In this document: one piece after another, positions 9,170 to 13,199 of the stretch | How the letters are laid out: each line of letters opens with the position of its first letter | How positions within the stretch are numbered: position 1 is the first letter of the stretch | From: Selaginella moellendorffii | Taxonomy: Eukaryota; Plantae; Lycopodiophyta | Reading direction: 5' to 3' | Assembly: GCF_000143415.4 (NCBI RefSeq) | Contig: NW_003314556.1 | Coordinates: forward strand, 1-13,199 | DNA length: 13,199 nucleotides | Notes under the pieces: model-generated | Seen by the model: only the letters and a program-made list of their open reading frames with translations | Databases searched by the model: none | Told to the model about the DNA's origin: nothing | Made by a program: the position numbers and the translations under genes

Positions 9170-10195
9170 ATGGCGATGGCAACATCGGCACGAAGTGTTC
9201 TTTCTTTTCCTCTTGATCTTATCTGTGCATCAAGACAGGAGTAGCTTGAGCGGCCTCCCGCAATTGTGGAAAAATACGAGGGTGTTGGTGTTGTCGAGAG
9301 GATCAACTTGGCTGGCTATGATTTGGAGCGGCTGGATCTCATCGGGTGCGAGCTCCCGTCAATGCTTGCATTCAACGCTTCTGCGAACAATATCTCCCGC
9401 GTTGGCCCGATTCAACAATGCTCACTGTCACAGCTGGATCTGTGTCACACCAAGATCTATGGCCACATTCCAAAGTAGACATCGCAACTTCGATCGGTCA
9501 AGGTTTTGGTCTTGGGGCGTAACAATCTTACTGGGCGATTGCCTGATTCGCTAGGGAACTGCTCGAATCTGGAAGAGCTTAGCCTTGAGCTCACTGGGGG
9601 GATACCATTGAGTTTGGGCAACCTTTCTCACTTGGCTACCATAGATCTGGGATACAACTTTCTTACAGAGAGACTGTGTATTCGGGGACAATGCATTTCA
9701 AGGACTTTCTCTTCCACATAACAACTTTAGAGACGCTTAACCTCAGGATCCTAGTTCTCTCTGGTAATTTACTTACTCAGAGCTCCATTGCTCAGAGCTA
9801 TAGCAAACTGAGAAAGGAATGACAACAAGCTCAATGGCTCAATCCTCGGAAGACTAACTGGGCGATTGCCTGATTCGCTAGGGAACTGCTCGAATCTGGA
9901 AGAGCTTAGCCTTGAGCTCACTGGGGGGATACCATTGAATTTGGGCAACCTTTCTCACTTGGCTGCCATAAATCTGGAATACAACTTTCTTACAGAGAGA
10001 CTGTGTATTCGGGGACAATGCATTTCAAGGACTTTCTCTTCCACATAACAACTTTAGAGACGCTTAACCTCAGGATCCTAGTTCTCTCTGGTAATTTACT
10101 TACTCAGAGCTCCATTGCTCAGAGCTATAGAAAGGAATGACAACAAGCTCAATGGCTCAATCCTTGGAAGACTAAGTCATCTCCAAGTTCTCGGC
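9170..10195 (+). pseudogene. Degenerate plant extracellular LRR (RLK/RLP-type) gene remnant
   Basis: A signal-peptide-like stretch (VFFLFLLILSV) is out of frame with the ATG at 9170. The LRR-like text LSQLDLCHTKIYGHIPK*TSQLRSVKVLVLGRNNLTGRLPDSLGNCSNLEELSLE-LTGGIPLSLGNLSHLATIDLGYNFLT contains an in-frame TAG (9476-9478) and a shortened repeat lacking the conserved Asn. Further frameshifts follow, with the fragment NDNKLNGSILGRLSHLQVL. No TM or kinase region is recognisable. Traces may extend to about 10480. Confidence 0.8.
9530..10174 (+). repeat. Near-perfect head-to-tail tandem duplication (327 bp + 318 bp)
   Basis: Copy 1 is 9530-9856 and copy 2 is 9857-10174; both begin ACTGGGCGATTGCCTGATTCG and end GGAAGACTA. 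By manual comparison they differ by 5 transitions and one 9-bp indel (CAAACTGAG is absent in copy 2). Confidence 0.95.
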
Positions 10196-10602
10196 TAAGG
10201 TATCAGGTTTGAGTGCCGCATGACTGCACAGAAAGACCCAGCAGAACCACCAGTTGCAAAGCTAATCAAGACCATAGCCGCTACATTGTTGTGTGCAAGA
10301 ATTAAAATACATATCAACTTTACTTGGGACACAGTGTCACGCGGACATGCAAGTCTCCTTCACGTACAATGGATCTCCAGAACTGGTTGTAGCTGTGGGC
10401 TGCTGAATGATCTCCAAATTGGCTTACCTTCCAATGCGGGTGTTGGTATCTAAGCTTGAACACCTCAGTGTTCTGGATAGCAAACTCTTAGAAAAAGATA
10501 ACCCGAAGCCTATTTTGCTGATTTAAACACATTTGAAGTCTGAAGGAACCATGACATAGCAGAAGTCATGCCACCAGACCTTTTGAAGGGAAGGCTCGAT
10601 AT

Positions 10603-11830
10603 TTAAGATGCTGAAATGTCTCTCGTGCTCTTATACACGTACGTGTTTAAAGAGAGCATCCATACTCACCACATCTTTTCCACCAGGGGCAGCAGCAGGG
10701 TCTGGCCCTGGGAGGGCAGCACGCAAAGGTTGGAAACAACGACCTGCAGCTAATCCTTTTACTGCACGGAACCGGGGGCGACGGTCTTGGAGAGGGTGGC
10801 GGCGGAGATGGCGGTGGTGGAGATGGCGGTGGTGGAGACGGTGGTAGCTTCTGTTTGACGGGAAAGTAGACGAAGCCATTCACTCCACATCGACCCAGTG
10901 GAAGACCATGGTTTCCACGCTGCAGCCTCATGTAGCCTTGCTCTCCCCAGCTTGTCCCCGCCGAGTTTTTGATGATCCAGTAGTCCTGGCCGTTTTCGGA
11001 TCCGTAGCCGACGATGAGCACTGCTAGATACGGAGTTGCCTGGTCATCTTTGCATGGGCCCTTGTAAATCCCCTGCATTTTTAGTTCAAAGGCTTCAGCG
11101 ACTTGTCCTTCACAAAAGAAAAAAAAAAAGATTTTTTACTGACCCCTTTGTAGCGAAGGAACTCCGGCGCATTGCCATCGATTAGAGCTGTCACGGGCTG
11201 CTTGGCAACCTGCGCGACCATGTCCGTGTCGTCGCTGGAGCCATAGAGATTGTCGAAGTCGTCAATGCCGACGGAGTAGCGGTTCTGGAGAGCACAACTT
11301 TAGTAAAAAACAATGGTTCACGTACTTACATGTTTTCGGCAGGTGGCATTGAAACCTGTGAAGTGGTAATCCGATGCGATCGAGAGGCCATTGCCTGTTT
11401 CGACGAGGTACTCAAATGCGTTCTGGGGAAAGCCGTTGTGGCAGCCATTGGTGCCATAGCTCCGGGAGCAATCCAGCAGCTGCTGCGCCGACAGCTCCAC
11501 CAAAACTCCAGTTGCAATCTTGTTGATTCCCTCGATGGCTTCTGCCGCCGCGAAAGCCCAGCTACCATCTTTCCATCCATGCCATAATATAAATATAAAG
11601 TGAGAAAGCAGGATTGAAGCTGAAGTCCAAGACTTACTCTGGCATCCTTTGCGATCTTTCACAGGTGTGACAGCCCCCAAAGTCCTCCAGTCGATGGATT
11701 TGGGGACAGAGTCGACGTCGCCAAACATTCGGATCCCTGCATCCCCCTCCAGAGTACTATCACTTGCGGCATTTGCATTTGCAGCAAGCAGGAGGAGGAA
11801 CGAAATCGAGACCAAGAGATGAGGAGACAT
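10603..11830 (-). CDS. Secreted papain-like (peptidase C1A fold) protein, predicted catalytically inactive, lacking the I29 prodomain, with a Ser-Pro4 linker and Cys-rich tail (about 327 aa, 5 exons)
   Basis: Exons are 11830-11638, 11568-11330, 11284-11144, 11072-10670 and 10610-10603, with GT-AG introns and the frame preserved. The signal peptide is [23 protein letters not shown]1A motifs include [83 protein letters not shown] and [11 protein letters not shown]. The intron 1 acceptor and the last micro-exon are less certain. Confidence 0.88.
10767..10844 (-). repeat. Extensin-like Ser-Pro4 coding repeat ([26 protein letters not shown])
   Basis: Three tandem 15-nt units of the TCTCCACCACCGCCA type lie in frame within exon 4 of the papain-fold gene. 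Confidence 0.9.
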
Positions 11831-11873
11831 TCTCAGAGAGTCGTTGAAGCATGTAGATACTAGAGAACGAAGG

Positions 11874-11879
11874 TTTATA
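11874..11879 (-). promoter_or_regulatory. Candidate TATA box of the papain-fold gene
   Basis: TATAAA on the minus strand lies about 44 nt upstream of the ATG at 11830. Confidence 0.45.
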
Positions 11880-12178
11880 AAAGCATTTCACAACAGCCCA
11901 CGAGACTCATGCGGGTGTAGGCACTATCAATCGTACATGAACAGACTTTTTTGCTTTGACAAAAAACATGTGCGAAAAAGAGAATTCATGAGGTCTTCAC
12001 TTTTCCCCACGGCGGACTAACCACATTTTGCAAAGATTAAAGATGGTGTGACATTTTTCTTTCTGTTTCTTTGGCTTCTTCAAGAAGATTGCCTTTTTGT
12101 GTTGAAATTACTTTTCCATCATTATCTATTCGAATTTTTCTTTTTCAATTTTTGAAATGTTTAAGGTTAAGTGTTTTT

Positions 12179-12444
12179 TAATTGGGCCTATAAATTTAAA
12201 TTCAAAAATTTATATTTAGGTTTTGGATCCAATTATGTTAATTAACTAAAAGAATCACCATGTTAGTTTGGTCCACTAAATGAGATTAGCAATCCACCAC
12301 ACTTATCTTGACACTTTAGTGGACTGTGAAAGAACCCATCCACATCCACATTACTTTCCAATCTCTATAGCAATTGTAAGAAAATTAATGAACTCTTTTC
12401 TAAGTTTACACCAGAACCACCACATTAATTTTCACTTGCTATAG
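12179..12444. repeat. AT-rich intergenic stretch with serial imperfect inverted repeats (possible non-autonomous transposon relic)
   Basis: Arm pairs are TATAAATTT/AAATTTATA (12189-12197 and 12206-12214) within TAATTGG/CCAATTA; GTCCACTAAA/TTTAGTGGAC (12271-12280 and 12315-12324); and CTATAGCAA..GAAAATTAATG / CATTAATTTTC..TTGCTATAG (12365-12390 and 12423-12444). Confidence 0.55.
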
Positions 12445-12545
12445 CTATCTTCATCTTAGAATAAATTGACAATCTGGTCCTAACCAGCATTAAAAAATTC
12501 AACTTATTATATACTACTATTAACTAATAATTCTCAAGAATTAAC

Positions 12546-12590
12546 TAGGGTTTATGGACTACACTGAATCTTCTCGTGAGTTTAGGGTTT
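12546..12590 (+). promoter_or_regulatory. Two telo-box motifs (TAGGGTTT) immediately 5' of ATGs at the cis-prenyltransferase start
   Basis: TAGGGTTT, the reverse complement of the AAACCCTA telo-box, occurs at 12546-12553 and 12583-12590. Each copy is directly followed by ATGGA. Confidence 0.55.
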
Positions 12591-13160
12591 ATGGATTCCT
12601 CGAAGCTCCGGCTCGTGAGCGGCAGCGTCCGGCAGCGCAGTTCAACACCGCTCGCCCCACTATCGCAATGCCTCCGTCCCGACAGGAGCACGGAGAATCC
12701 GCGCGTGTTGATCAGGGCAAGCGGCGAAATCCTGGCATCGCAGCAGCAGGGTCATTCGATCGGGCAGCAGCTGCTCGCGCCGCCGCCGCCCAGTCCCGCC
12801 CGCCAAATCCCGCGGGAGCTGGATCCGCTGCGAATGCCCGAGCACGTCGCGATTATAATGGATGGGAACTCTCGCTGGGCCAAGCTCCGGGGATTGGCCA
12901 CCGACAGGGGGCACGAAGCCGGCGTGCATGCATTGCGAGAGATCGTGGCCGCCTCCAGCCGCTTGGGTATTAAAACTCTCACCGTCTTTGCCTTCTCCAC
13001 CGAGAACTGGCGTCGTCCCACGGTGCATTCCTTTTCCCCTTGTTGTTCTCCTTCCATTTTGATGAACTTGCCTCAGGATTGCCGTGATCCAGATTGAAAT
13101 CCAGTTCCTGATGCAACTGTTCGAGAGAGTGATCTCGGAGGACTCCATGAACATCTTCAC
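12591..13160 (+). CDS. CPT: cis-prenyltransferase (undecaprenyl/dehydrodolichyl diphosphate synthase family), probably organelle-targeted; first two exons, gene continues beyond the window
   Basis: Exon 1 is 12591-13022, exon 2 is 13093-13160, and the next donor gtaagt is at 13161. Conserved regions are [21 protein letters not shown] and [15 protein letters not shown]|[10 protein letters not shown]. They are preceded by an Arg/Ser/Pro-rich N-terminal extension. Confidence 0.93.
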
Positions 13161-13199
13161 GTAAGTCTCTAGTTTCTTTTCCTAGTGTTTGTTTATCAT

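Noticed and set aside
9530-10174. LTR pair or CRISPR-like array
   Set aside because: The two copies abut with no internal sequence, TG..CA ends or target-site duplication, and they encode LRR text. There is no short repeat-spacer structure.
10220-10453. 77-aa plus ORF as a small gene
   Set aside because: It has no recognisable motif and lies in decayed sequence between the LRR remnant and the 3' end of the papain-fold gene.
11114-11129. Poly-A run as a retroposon tail
   Set aside because: It is the T-rich body of intron 3 (11143-11073) of the minus-strand papain-fold gene.
11021-11570. Silicatein-like or SERA-like Ser-nucleophile enzyme (Cys to Ser papain)
   Set aside because: Those proteins keep the catalytic His. 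Here His is Leu and the oxyanion Gln is Arg, so a Ser-His-Asn triad cannot form.

Overview
This is eukaryotic nuclear DNA from a very compact land-plant genome. Introns are about 45-95 nt and genes sit a few hundred bp apart; the style suggests a lycophyte such as Selaginella, which is an inference. From left to right the window holds six genes or gene remnants. (1) An intronless PLS-class PPR ORF on the minus strand runs off the left edge and has elongated L motifs; it is absent from the ORF track because it has no stop in the window. (2) NRPA2, the RNA polymerase I second-largest subunit, lies on the minus strand with about 27 exons, and its first intron is a U12-type AT-AC intron. (3) A pfkB fructokinase with a transit-peptide-like exon lies head-to-head with NRPA2. 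(4) A decayed LRR gene remnant carries a recent ~320-bp tandem duplication. (5) An intact-looking secreted papain-fold gene lacks the I29 prodomain and the catalytic Cys, His and oxyanion Gln, and ends in Ser-Pro4 repeats plus an 8-Cys tail. After an AT-rich spacer with serial hairpins, (6) the 5' part of a cis-prenyltransferase runs off the right edge. The papain-fold pseudo-protease is the best candidate for undescribed biology. All exon coordinates and translations were read by hand and need transcript confirmation.
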